Shown piece after piece: positions 1-9,409 of a stretch of 64,000 nucleotides of DNA. The first letter of the stretch is position 1; every line of letters begins with the position of its first letter. Source of the DNA: an uncultured virus (IMG/VR IMGVR_UViG_3300044732_001058). Its lineage: Duplodnaviria; Heunggongvirae; Uroviricota; Caudoviricetes. The position numbers and the translations under genes are program-made. The DNA lies in IMG/VR virus record IMGVR_UViG_3300044732_001058; one strand, given 5' to 3'. The notes beneath the pieces are model-generated. The model searched no databases, was not told the origin of the DNA, and saw nothing but the letters and a program-made list of their open reading frames with translations.

Positions 1-1141
1 TAGTTCCGTTGATTCCGCTGGTTCCTGAAGATCCACTAGTTCCGTTGATTCCGCTGGTTCCTGAAGATCCACTAGTTCCGTTGATTCCGCTGGTTCCTGA
101 AGATCCACTAGTTCCGTTGATTCCGCTGGTTCCTGAAGATCCGCTAGTACCATTTATTCCTGAAGATCCGCTAGTACCATTTATTCCTGAAGATCCGCTA
201 GTACCATTTATTCCTGAAGATCCGCTAGTACCATTTATTCCTGAAGACCCACTAGTTCCACTAACACCAGAAGATCCGCTTGTTCCGCTGATGCCAGAAG
301 ACCCACTAGTTCCGTTAATTCCGCTGGTTCCTGAAGATCCGCTAGTTCCGTTAATTCCGCTGGTTCCTGAAGATCCACTAGTTCCGTTAATTCCGCTGGT
401 TCCTGAAGAGCCACTAGTTCCGCTGATGCCAGAAGATCCGCTTGTTCCGCTGATGCCAGAAGACCCACTAGTTCCGTTGATTCCGCTGGTTCCTGAAGAT
501 CCGCTAGTACCATTTATTCCTGAAGACCCACTAGTTCCACTAACACCAGAAGATCCGCTTGTTCCGCTGATACCAGAAGACCCACTAGTTCCGTTGATTC
601 CGCTGGTTCCTGAAGATCCACTAGTTCCGTTGATTCCGCTGGTTCCTGAAGATCCACTAGTTCCGTTAATTCCGCTGGTTCCTGAAGATCCGCTAGTACC
701 ATTTATTCCTGAAGACCCACTAGTTCCACTAACACCAGAAGATCCGCTTGTTCCGCTGATGCCAGAAGACCCACTAGTTCCGTTAATTCCGCTGGTTCCT
801 GAAGATCCGCTAGTTCCGTTAATTCCGCTGGTTCCTGAAGATCCACTAGTTCCGTTAATTCCGCTGGTTCCTGAAGAGCCACTAGTTCCGCTGATGCCAG
901 AAGATCCGCTTGTTCCGCTGATGCCAGAAGACCCACTAGTTCCGTTGATTCCGCTGGTTCCTGAAGATCCGCTAGTACCATTTATTCCTGAAGACCCACT
1001 AGTTCCACTAACACCAGAAGATCCGCTTGTTCCGCTGATACCAGAAGACCCACTAGTTCCGTTGATTCCGCTGGTTCCTGAAGATCCGCTAGTTCCGTTG
1101 ATTCCGCTGGTTCCTGAAGATCCGCTAGTTCCTGCTACACC
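1..1141 (-). repeat. Coding tandem repeat, at least ~126 Gly-X-Y triplets (GTS/GSS/GIN/GIS/GVS)
   Basis: 18/27-bp units; contains a 468-bp-period duplication (shadow ORFs 235..513 and 703..981 translate identically). Confidence 0.95.
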
Positions 1142-3802
1142 TTCATTTCTAGCGATTATTATTCTACTTGCAGGATAATTAGCTTGACTATTTATATTTT
1201 GTGAAGTTGAATCATTATGCAAAGCGTATATTTCTACGTAATCATTATTATTCAAAACTAGAACAGAAGAAAAATGAGTTACTGGATAATCATTGTTTGC
1301 GGGTATACTAGAATAAGAATATCTTCCCTGAGAAGAAGAAACGTTACCATTTTTTACTATGAATACAGATCTAGACGTACCAGAAGTTCCACCGCTTGCC
1401 CAGCCTATATATCCATCAACAGTAATAACAATTGAATCTCCAGAAGTATTTGTGAATCTATCAGTTCCATTGAAAGTTAAACCAATTGATCCTTGAGTAT
1501 TTGCAGTATCCGCTGTAGACCAAATTACTTTTGTATTTGAAGAAGATGATACGCTTTGAGTAGAATTGTTATAATAAGCTAAAGTAGAAGAAATAACCGG
1601 ATCACCACTAGTTCCGCTTGTTCCAGAAGTTCCACTTTGAGGCTCAATCAAAACACCACGAAAAGTCAATACATTTGCAGTTGTAGTTGACAACGCAAAT
1701 AAAACCGGCTTTGAAACTTCTCCAAAGTTACTTGGTTCTGTAGTTGTTACCGTTCCAGCAGTAGCTTCTGATAAAAAGTATATTTCACCAGCAGTCAAAC
1801 CTGACAAACCAGTTATCAATCCATCTACCACCACTTTAAAAGTATTTGTAGTTGCCGACTTAACAACACCCAATACTTCTGCATGTGCGGCGCTGTCTGC
1901 TTGCGCTTTAAAATAATTTGTTCCATCGAATCTAATAACATCACCGGCAATAAAACCATGAGCAGCAACAGTAAACTCTTCAATTAAAGAAGTGCCGCTC
2001 CCTGTATCTAATTGTTTTTTTACGATGTTATCTTCAACTACTAATTTATATAAATTTTCTGAAATTGTTGTTGTCGGCAATTCAGTAAATACTAAATTAT
2101 TACTACCACTATAATACAATGTACCTGTTGTTAAACTATCTGAATCAGAAAATACTGGCAAATAGCCACTAACACCAGATCCATCAATTACTTTTTTACC
2201 ACTTAACGGACTAAGATTTATTGCTTGATTTATATATCCAGAACTAATATATAAAGTATCTGAGAACTCTGAAACAACCTCATCAGTATTAATTGCGCGA
2301 ACTTTAACAAAATAATTAGCATCTTCTTTTACTGGAAAAATAAAAGATGGATCTATTGTAGAATATACAAAATCAGCAAAACCAGTTATTCTTTTTGCTA
2401 TTTGTATTCCTGTTACAGTATCATTTAAATCATTGAACCCACTAATATTAGGTGTGAAAATTGATAAATATCTAACATCAGAATACGTGCCAGTATATAC
2501 ATTACCACTAAAATATCCACCACTTGGCAAAAAACTAAATTCATTATTACCAGTATAATTATAGCACAGAAAAACTTCTGAAGAATTTGAAATTCCAGAA
2601 GGTATTCTTATTTCTGTAATATAATTTATTCCTGTAGAGTATTGATCATAAATACCTGTTGGCAAAGAACCTAAATTATCAGTATAAATTGTATGGTCAT
2701 TCCATCGTATTCCTGAAGACCCATAATTTTGAAAAATTGTACCAGATGAACTTAATCCAGTTCCAGTACCGTATAATATTGATGAAATTTTATCTAAAGA
2801 TCTATTTTGTAAAAAATAATCGTATTTATTAGAGTTAGATCCACTCTCTTCAACTAAAACATGAAATGAACAATCTTGAGACTCTGTAATCGCATCCCAC
2901 TTCACAAAAATATTTAAATCTAATTCTTTAGAAGTCTTATTAAAATTATTAAACGCATAGCCAGTAACATTATTTATTTTTTCTGGCAAAAACACTTCAG
3001 AATAAGAAGATGGCTTTATGCCTGAAGATGTTATTTTTTGACCACTAGAAAAATAACTATAAGGAATCAAATGAACATAATAAGGAAGTCTTATTTCATT
3101 ATCTGTTAGTTGATTTTGATTTAATCGAATTAAATCTGGAACATAAACGTTATCTAAAGATGGAGCGTTATAATTTGCGTAATATAAATAATCTTGACTT
3201 AAAGGATCAAAAGATTGACCCGTTGTAACAAATAAATCTAAAGATTCAATTATTTGTCTATCTGTATAGTTTAAATTTAAATTTGTTGTATTATCTATAC
3301 TATAACCACTAATTTGTACACTTGGCACGCCAAAATTTATTAAAGCAATTCCAGTGCTTGTTCTGCCTTGAAAATCTTGACTTACTATATCAATAAAAAA
3401 TTGATTATAATTAACAGCACTATTTGATCCGGTAATCGATGAGAATACATTAAACAACTCTTGAGAAGTTATTTTATAATTAGTTCTATTAAAAGCGTTA
3501 GTATCTGTAAAAATTAAACTTCTTCCAGTATCATAATAATTAACATAAAAACCAGAAAACCCCACATCGTTAACAAACGAAGTAATTAAATCTTTAGTTA
3601 TTGGTCTTTCTACAGCCCAAGATAAAGAAATCTGATTTTCAGCCATGAAGCCGCTGACAAAGGAAGTTGAAGGATCTATTCCAAAACTTGTTGGCGAATA
3701 AGAGGTATTCTTTGACGAAAAAATACCATTTAAACTTAAATCAATATTTTTTATAGCAAAAGCGCTATCGTAATCAATTCCTGTGTTGCTGATAAATGCC
3801 AT
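1..3802 (-). CDS. Tail fibre/straight-fibre protein, partial at its 3' end (runs off the left edge): FN3-like domains, cement-like domain, C1q-like domain, Gly-X-Y repeat
   Basis: Absent from the ORF track, consistent with no stop inside the window. ATG at 3802 (MAFISNTGIDYDSAF...). Spot translation in the same frame gives an FN3-type end (YFVKVRAINTDEVVSEFS, ~2270-2320), HGFIAGDVIRFD...KAQAD (~1650-1990), a C1q-like beta domain (~1150-1590) and GTS/GSS/GIN triplets to the edge. Directly follows gpJ. Confidence 0.8.
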   Translation of the reverse strand, partial: MAFISNTGIDYDSAFAIKNIDLSLNGIFSSKNTSYSPTSFGIDPSTSFVSGFMAENQISLSWAVERPITKDLITSFVNDVGFSGFYVNYYDTGRSLIFTDTNAFNRTNYKITSQELFNVFSSITGSNSAVNYNQFFIDIVSQDFQGRTSTGIALINFGVPSVQISGYSIDNTTNLNLNYTDRQIIESLDLFVTTGQSFDPLSQDYLYYANYNAPSLDNVYVPDLIRLNQNQLTDNEIRLPYYVHLIPYSYFSSGQKITSSGIKPSSYSEVFLPEKINNVTGYAFNNFNKTSKELDLNIFVKWDAITESQDCSFHVLVEESGSNSNKYDYFLQNRSLDKISSILYGTGTGLSSSGTIFQNYGSSGIRWNDHTIYTDNLGSLPTGIYDQYSTGINYITEIRIPSGISNSSEVFLCYNYTGNNEFSFLPSGGYFSGNVYTGTYSDVRYLSIFTPNISGFNDLNDTVTGIQIAKRITGFADFVYSTIDPSFIFPVKEDANYFVKVRAINTDEVVSEFSDTLYISSGYINQAINLSPLSGKKVIDGSGVSGYLPVFSDSDSLTTGTLYYSGSNNLVFTELPTTTISENLYKLVVEDNIVKKQLDTGSGTSLIEEFTVAAHGFIAGDVIRFDGTNYFKAQADSAAHAEVLGVVKSATTNTFKVVVDGLITGLSGLTAGEIYFLSEATAGTVTTTEPSNFGEVSKPVLFALSTTTANVLTFRGVLIEPQSGTSGTSGTSGDPVISSTLAYYNNSTQSVSSSSNTKVIWSTADTANTQGSIGLTFNGTDRFTNTSGDSIVITVDGYIGWASGGTSGTSRSVFIVKNGNVSSSQGRYSYSSIPANNDYPVTHFSSVLVLNNNDYVEIYALHNDSTSQNINSQANYPASRIIIARNEGVAGTSGSSGTSGINGTSGSSGTSGINGTSGSSGISGTSGSSGVSGTSGSSGINGTSGSSGTSGINGTSGSSGISGTSGSSGISGTSGSSGTSGINGTSGSSGTSGINGTSGSSGTSGINGTSGSSGISGTSGSSGVSGTSGSSGINGTSGSSGTSGINGTSGSSGTSGINGTSGSSGTSGINGTSGSSGISGTSGSSGVSGTSGSSGINGTSGSSGTSGINGTSGSSGISGTSGSSGISGTSGSSGTSGINGTSGSSGTSGINGTSGSSGTSGINGTSGSSGISGTSGSSGVSGTSGSSGINGTSGSSGINGTSGSSGINGTSGSSGINGTSGSSGTSGINGTSGSSGTSGINGTSGSSGTSGINGTSGSSGTSGINGT

Positions 3803-3810
3803 ATTATACT

Positions 3811-3816
3811 TTACAC
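3811..3816 (-). promoter_or_regulatory. GTGTAA motif (putative late promoter), overlapping the gpJ stop codon
   Basis: GTGTAAAGTATAATATG; 8 nt before ATG 3802. Confidence 0.6.
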
Positions 3817-6800
3817 ATTAATTAAACGCATATTAGAATCAAAAGCATACAAATCTATATCGAACACTACAGTATTATTGTTTTGTAATGATATGTTCTG
3901 TCCAAGAAAAATAGAAATTTTACCTGCTTGATTCTTATATTGTTTAAATTTTAAAACTTTTCCATCTTTTATGATTGTGCAGTATAAACCATTGATATAT
4001 TTATTGTTCTTTAATTTAGAAAACAGTTCAATAAAATTAATCTCTATACTTAAATAGTTTTTAAAATTGAAAGCATCTGTTAAAACTTCGTTTTCTATAG
4101 AAAAAGAATAATCAAAATTAATATTTATTGCTTGAATATAAGATAAAGATGTTTGTTTTATGTTTTCATTTATTACGGTATCAGAAAAAGCAGGTCTTAT
4201 ATAATCATCTGTAGCAAATATCACTTGTTTTTTATTGTATTGATTTTCATCTATATATTCATTTTTGTCCACAACATCGAATTTTTCAGCATTGTATTTC
4301 ATAGCTGAAATTCCATATTCGTTTGCAGACGCTTCATTCATACCTACAACTCTATATAAATCTTCTTGTTCAGCATCATTTTCTAAATATATAGAAAAAT
4401 TAGCGTCAGATCTTAAATTAGAAAAGCTATTATACATTGGCAATGGATATCTAGAAAATGTTATTTCATTTATTTTTGCAAATTGAGTATTAAAAGCTGC
4501 AACCGCATATAAAGGATTTCCTTTCGTTCTTGGCTGTGGATCTGTTAATTTTTGTTGATTTAAATAAAAAGTTACGTTAACTCCGTCATATGATATGGTC
4601 AATAAATCAGAACTTGTTATAGATTTATTAAAATTAAATGGAACCGCTACTGGATAACCAGGAAAAACTCCTAATAAATTTCCGCTATTTATATAAAAAG
4701 CATACTGAATATCTTCATAACTATTTGATATATTATTAGCAGAACTTAAACCACAAATAAAAATTTGAGAAACTTCTGCAACTTTAAAAGAAATTTGACA
4801 ATCTTCAACATAACTTTGCTTTGTAAAAGCTTTTTTATCCCAAGCTGCCGCTGAAATCAAATCAGACGATAAGGTTCTTCCATTATCAGAAGCTATAGCT
4901 TTGCTTTTTATATTCCAACTAAAATAATCATAAGGCAATAATTTTAACTTTAATTCTGAATTATCGCTTTCAAAAACACTCAACGTGCTTTCTAATGGTT
5001 CGTCATTGACAATCGATAAAATTTTTATTCTTTTACCAGTCACATCGTTTTTAAGCTCTCTATCAATATATATATAATTATTTTTAAAATCTAAAGATGT
5101 AACCTTTCCAAATTCCAATTTAGAATTTTTAAGATTATCTGCTATTCTAATTATATCTCCTATTTTTAAAAGACCAGCTTCTATACCAGTGGAAAAAGCA
5201 ACTGTTTGCGACTCTAGTTTACCTGTTGTCAAAAACCATTTACCTATTCTTTCGGCTTGATACTTAGAAGTTATTCCAAAGCCTAATATTTCTTTTTCTA
5301 TTAAACCGTATTTTTTTATTAATGTAGAATCTTCAACATAGACCACTTTATCTTTAAAATTATCTGTTTTGTCTAAATATGATACTTTAGCAACCGAATA
5401 TGAAGATTCTAAATTAGAAGAGCTATAATTAAAAACACCCTCTTTTACGTTTGAATTTGTAAAAACATAAGAAGTAGCTTTTTTCACATCTGTATTTAAA
5501 TTTAAAAGACCATTTTTAAAATAAAAAATACCTCTAAAGATAGACGATAAATCACTTAATATTTTCAACCCCTCTGTGGCTTCATTTATATAGATATTAG
5601 CAGAAAATCTAGGTTCTAAAAAATCTCCATATTCTGGATGTTTTACAACACATTTTCCAGACGCTACATTTAAAGAGCTATCAAAAATCTTTTTATTTCT
5701 AAAAGATAACGATATGTTTTCAGCGGTAGAATCATATGTATTTATTGAATTTGATATATTATTTAAATACGATATAGCAAAGCTTTTAGCGTTATCTTCT
5801 GTATTTAAAACTTCAGGATTCCCAACGATATACTGCTTTAAAGAATCATAAAATCTACCAGAATTATCAGATTCAATAAATTTTCTAATACCAAAATCAT
5901 TACATAACTTTATTTTTACTGTATTTCCTACTTTTGTTACCGACAATATAATTTTTTTAAAATTTATGTTTATATTTTCATCAAGATTATTCTTTATATT
6001 ATATAAATATATTATGCTTTTTTCTGGGTATCTAGTTTGTAATGTATTTAAAGCCTCAATTGAAGTAAAAGTTATTGTGTTATAATCTGTTTGATTTAAT
6101 TGTATTTTATTATCGAAAGTGAATTCATCTTCTTTATATTTGGTTCCAGCATTAGTAATAACTAATTCATCGCAAAATTTAGATATTTTATATAACTCCC
6201 ATTTATTTAAATCTTTTTCAGACATTGATGATTTAGCTAAACCGTATCTGCTATTTATACATAAATCATAAAAAATCCAAGCCGGATTATCAGTCCATTT
6301 TAATAATTTACTAAAATCTCCGCTCCAATCCTCATCGTATTGTCTAGCATCAGAGTCGTAATTATTCGGGACTTTTACTTTTAATAATTTACAATCAAAA
6401 CTTCTAACCGGAATATTAGCAAAGTGTTTAGCGCTAATTGTATTTTGACAAACCGCTGAATAAGGATAAGAAAACGCATAATCTACTCTTTCAACTATAG
6501 AATCTATTGAGAAACTTCTAGAATTATTACTTAATGTTCTATTTTTTGAACCAATTGCGGTCAATCTTTTTTCTACACTATACACATTTATTAAATATTC
6601 TGGAGGATTTCCAGATAAATTAACTTCTCTCTTAAATTGTATTTGAATTGGTATTACAACAGGATTTCCTTTTGCAACAAAGTAAGATTGATAATAAAAA
6701 TATGTTGTAGTTTTTTCTGTAACATTAGTAACCGATAATATAAAACGAATATTATTTCCACAAGTTTCTCCTTTTCCTCCTATATAAAAGCATGTATCTA

Positions 6801-7521
6801 TTTTTACATTTACAGTCGCTGAAGTTATATATTTATTTTTTACATAATGAGAGAAGCTTCTCGCTTTATTTTTTAAATATATTAATTGTTGATATAATGG
6901 ATTAGAAGTTAAATCAGAAAACTGTTCTCCTATATACGATTTATCTAAATTATTAAAACTAGCTATATTTGGATCTTGATCTAAATCGTAAACTTTAGAA
7001 TCATAAGAGTAGACACTGCTTGATATATCATTAAAATTGTTTACTTCATTTCCTAAAGTTAAATTAAAATTAGCTGCTGTTAAATTTAATAAATTTGTGT
7101 TTTTATCTTTTACTGAAATATCGTTGTAATAAATACCATAAGCTAATGAAGAATTTCTATTTTTAACCGCAGAATTCAAATCAAGCAAATTTAAAATATT
7201 ACCATCTTTATCTACCAAACCTTCAATAGGCCCTTCACATAAAAGATCATTGCTTTCATAAAAAGATTCTGTATCTAAAGTCGCATCTGCTGTTATAAAA
7301 GAAGATGCATATGATATCGTAGAAACTAAATCATTTTCTATAAATATTTTAACTACATCTGCTCCAGATGAGGAAGCGCTTAAAGAAGATGTGTTTATTA
7401 ATAAATTTGGATCTGAACTATTAGAACCCTTCTGAACCTCGTTTGAAGCTCCAATACTTTGCGGAATATCTCTTTCCATGTCTTCCGTTAATCTTACTGG
7501 ATATATTGAATTCGCGCCCAT
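3811..7521 (-). CDS. Tip attachment/central tail protein, lambda gpJ-like
   Basis: DLLCEGPIEGLV, YPYSA, KVKVPNNYD, WSGDF..KWTDNPAWIFYDL..N.RYGL, KWELYKISKFCDELV, EPRF, FTNSNV..G.F.Y, GITSKYQAERIGKW; follows L-K-I genes. Confidence 0.9.
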   Translation of the reverse strand: MGANSIYPVRLTEDMERDIPQSIGASNEVQKGSNSSDPNLLINTSSLSASSSGADVVKIFIENDLVSTISYASSFITADATLDTESFYESNDLLCEGPIEGLVDKDGNILNLLDLNSAVKNRNSSLAYGIYYNDISVKDKNTNLLNLTAANFNLTLGNEVNNFNDISSSVYSYDSKVYDLDQDPNIASFNNLDKSYIGEQFSDLTSNPLYQQLIYLKNKARSFSHYVKNKYITSATVNVKIDTCFYIGGKGETCGNNIRFILSVTNVTEKTTTYFYYQSYFVAKGNPVVIPIQIQFKREVNLSGNPPEYLINVYSVEKRLTAIGSKNRTLSNNSRSFSIDSIVERVDYAFSYPYSAVCQNTISAKHFANIPVRSFDCKLLKVKVPNNYDSDARQYDEDWSGDFSKLLKWTDNPAWIFYDLCINSRYGLAKSSMSEKDLNKWELYKISKFCDELVITNAGTKYKEDEFTFDNKIQLNQTDYNTITFTSIEALNTLQTRYPEKSIIYLYNIKNNLDENININFKKIILSVTKVGNTVKIKLCNDFGIRKFIESDNSGRFYDSLKQYIVGNPEVLNTEDNAKSFAISYLNNISNSINTYDSTAENISLSFRNKKIFDSSLNVASGKCVVKHPEYGDFLEPRFSANIYINEATEGLKILSDLSSIFRGIFYFKNGLLNLNTDVKKATSYVFTNSNVKEGVFNYSSSNLESSYSVAKVSYLDKTDNFKDKVVYVEDSTLIKKYGLIEKEILGFGITSKYQAERIGKWFLTTGKLESQTVAFSTGIEAGLLKIGDIIRIADNLKNSKLEFGKVTSLDFKNNYIYIDRELKNDVTGKRIKILSIVNDEPLESTLSVFESDNSELKLKLLPYDYFSWNIKSKAIASDNGRTLSSDLISAAAWDKKAFTKQSYVEDCQISFKVAEVSQIFICGLSSANNISNSYEDIQYAFYINSGNLLGVFPGYPVAVPFNFNKSITSSDLLTISYDGVNVTFYLNQQKLTDPQPRTKGNPLYAVAAFNTQFAKINEITFSRYPLPMYNSFSNLRSDANFSIYLENDAEQEDLYRVVGMNEASANEYGISAMKYNAEKFDVVDKNEYIDENQYNKKQVIFATDDYIRPAFSDTVINENIKQTSLSYIQAININFDYSFSIENEVLTDAFNFKNYLSIEINFIELFSKLKNNKYINGLYCTIIKDGKVLKFKQYKNQAGKISIFLGQNISLQNNNTVVFDIDLYAFDSNMRLINV

Positions 7522-7524
7522 AAA

Positions 7525-8037
7525 TTAATTATTATTAATTTTATTTGTTAATATTACATCATTGGCAACAACGATACTTCCTATTTTTAATCTTCCATAA
7601 CCTATAGGAATTGACACGTTTCTTTTAGTTACGTTTTCATAACCAGAAAAGAGTCTTGAATTATTTTTAATATCTTTTGGGGCTTTTGGAGTCATTAAAC
7701 TGGTTATTAACATTGAAATTCCTGTTGATATCGCTATCAAAAGAATAGCAATCAATATATCAATACCAGCAATTGTTGATCCCAATATCAATGGAACAAC
7801 TTCTATTTTCGAATCTTTTTTTAATATTGGCGAATTAAAATATTCATGAGACACTGGCTTATCATCAACATATATAATAAAATGCGTTAAATATTCCTGA
7901 AAATTACCCAAAGTTTCTAACAATTTTCCACTATTAGCCTCAATAGCCTCAAATGCTTCAAAAACAGTTTTGACATTTAAATGCCATTCTGTTTTCACAT
8001 AGTTTTCGAAAATACCATGTAATTTAATATTAACCAT
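7525..8037 (-). CDS. Tail assembly protein, lambda gpI-like (ubiquitin-like fold)
   Basis: IKLHG...EAFEAI...IEVVPLILG, hydrophobic segment, C-terminal IPIGYGRLKIGSIVV. Confidence 0.85.
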   Translation of the reverse strand: MVNIKLHGIFENYVKTEWHLNVKTVFEAFEAIEANSGKLLETLGNFQEYLTHFIIYVDDKPVSHEYFNSPILKKDSKIEVVPLILGSTIAGIDILIAILLIAISTGISMLITSLMTPKAPKDIKNNSRLFSGYENVTKRNVSIPIGYGRLKIGSIVVANDVILTNKINNN

Positions 8038-8040
8038 ATA

Positions 8041-8379
8041 TTATATTAATTTACACTTCTTTTCTTTAAAGATGTTTTGTTTAATATCATAGATAATCAT
8101 ATTTAAATTATGATATTTTTGATAAAACAAATCAACATTAGAAAAATCAAAGCTTTCAGGATGACTATGAAAATAGTATAAAATTGTGTAATTATTTTTT
8201 ATTTGCAAGTAATCTTTAGGAGAAACTAAAACGTGATTTTGTTTTTCTGGGTGTTTATTATCGACTGGAATGAATTTAATTACCGAGTCTTTTTCTACAA
8301 TAAACCCACAAACCTCTTCATTAGCATTTTTATTAGAATAAGATCGCAATTCATCATGTATTTCAGGTTTTAGATTCAT
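8041..8379 (-). CDS. JAB/MPN metalloprotease, lambda gpK N-domain-like
   Basis: EVCGFI...YFHSHP.....S..D JAMM motif; between gpL and gpI; ATG 8379 (MNLKPEIH) preferred over 8412 because it overlaps gpL less. Confidence 0.8.
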   Translation of the reverse strand: MNLKPEIHDELRSYSNKNANEEVCGFIVEKDSVIKFIPVDNKHPEKQNHVLVSPKDYLQIKNNYTILYYFHSHPESFDFSNVDLFYQKYHNLNMIIYDIKQNIFKEKKCKLI

Positions 8380-9409
8380 TGTTATATGGGAATGTAGCTG
8401 GAAAGGCCCCAAATGGTAAATACGGTTTATCTTTAGTTAAATTAACATTATCATTGAATCTTAATCTACACCCTCTTAAAGTACGCGAGCATTTATCTTG
8501 TTTCCAAACGTCAGTATTTTGCGAAGGATATTTATTTACATTATTAATTATGCAAACAAAATAATTTTTTGGTTTGTTTAAAGAAACTATTTCCGATTCA
8601 TCGTTTTCTAAATTAGCGTTAGAAACAGCATCTACATAAATAAAATCTCCAACCACATAAGAAGTGGTAGCCAACCATTCATTTTTATATGTTAAGCTCG
8701 TTAAATTATAACTGCCATTATAAGGTAAATCATATAAATCTCCTGAATTAGTGCTATTCGCTTTTTTAACAAAAACTTTATCATTTTCATCAGCAACTGG
8801 CGCTCCTAAATAACCGTTGAAACCACCCGCTATTGTTACTGGTAATTTAGGCCCTGAATAATCTCTATTGTTTCCATAATTACATCCATAACATCTATAA
8901 TTCCACGAACACGTATCATTAGTAATTTTTCTTGCAGGAATAGACAATGATTCAACATCGACTTTTGTTGTTAATTCCAACTCTACTAAATTTAAATTTT
9001 CTGCAATCTTTGCGTTTACCACAAACCTATCAAACGCTATATAAGTATTAAAACTAGATATTCCATATGGATTAATGTTATTTTCAAAATTACTAACGTC
9101 TAAATCTTTAGCTAATATTTTTTTTCTATTAAAATTTTTACCTATAAGATCGTTTCTGTCTTGCAACACTTTAGAAAAATAATTATTTATATTACCGATT
9201 TGCAATTTAGGTCTACTTTGCCTACCGTCCGAGGAGGTTTCATAAGAAGAAAACTCACAAGGTATAAAAATATATTCTTTATTTTGGAAAAATAAATTTT
9301 TGTTAAAATTCTTAGACCCATGAAATCTTAAATACCCTTCGTTAGATTCCAATTCTATTTCAAATAAATCTAATATTACATAATTATTAAGTTTAAATAA
9401 AGTGTTCAT
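8363..9409 (-). CDS. Minor tail protein, lambda gpL-like
   Basis: DLFEIEL, GRQSRPKLQIGN, IPARKI, Cys cluster CSWNYRCYGC...DKCSRTLRGCRLRF, LPFGAFP. Confidence 0.9.
   Translation of the reverse strand: MNTLFKLNNYVILDLFEIELESNEGYLRFHGSKNFNKNLFFQNKEYIFIPCEFSSYETSSDGRQSRPKLQIGNINNYFSKVLQDRNDLIGKNFNRKKILAKDLDVSNFENNINPYGISSFNTYIAFDRFVVNAKIAENLNLVELELTTKVDVESLSIPARKITNDTCSWNYRCYGCNYGNNRDYSGPKLPVTIAGGFNGYLGAPVADENDKVFVKKANSTNSGDLYDLPYNGSYNLTSLTYKNEWLATTSYVVGDFIYVDAVSNANLENDESEIVSLNKPKNYFVCIINNVNKYPSQNTDVWKQDKCSRTLRGCRLRFNDNVNLTKDKPYLPFGAFPATFPYNNESKT

Noticed and set aside
1..1141. Tandem repeats as a possible CRISPR array (also 47686-50105)
   Set aside because: No unique spacers; 9-bp coding periodicity; no cas genes
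9..1178. + strand 389-aa PEDPLV-repeat ORF and the short minus-strand ORFs at 235-981
   Set aside because: Antisense or out-of-frame shadows of the stop-free Gly-X-Y repeat; the real gene is the minus-strand frame from 3802
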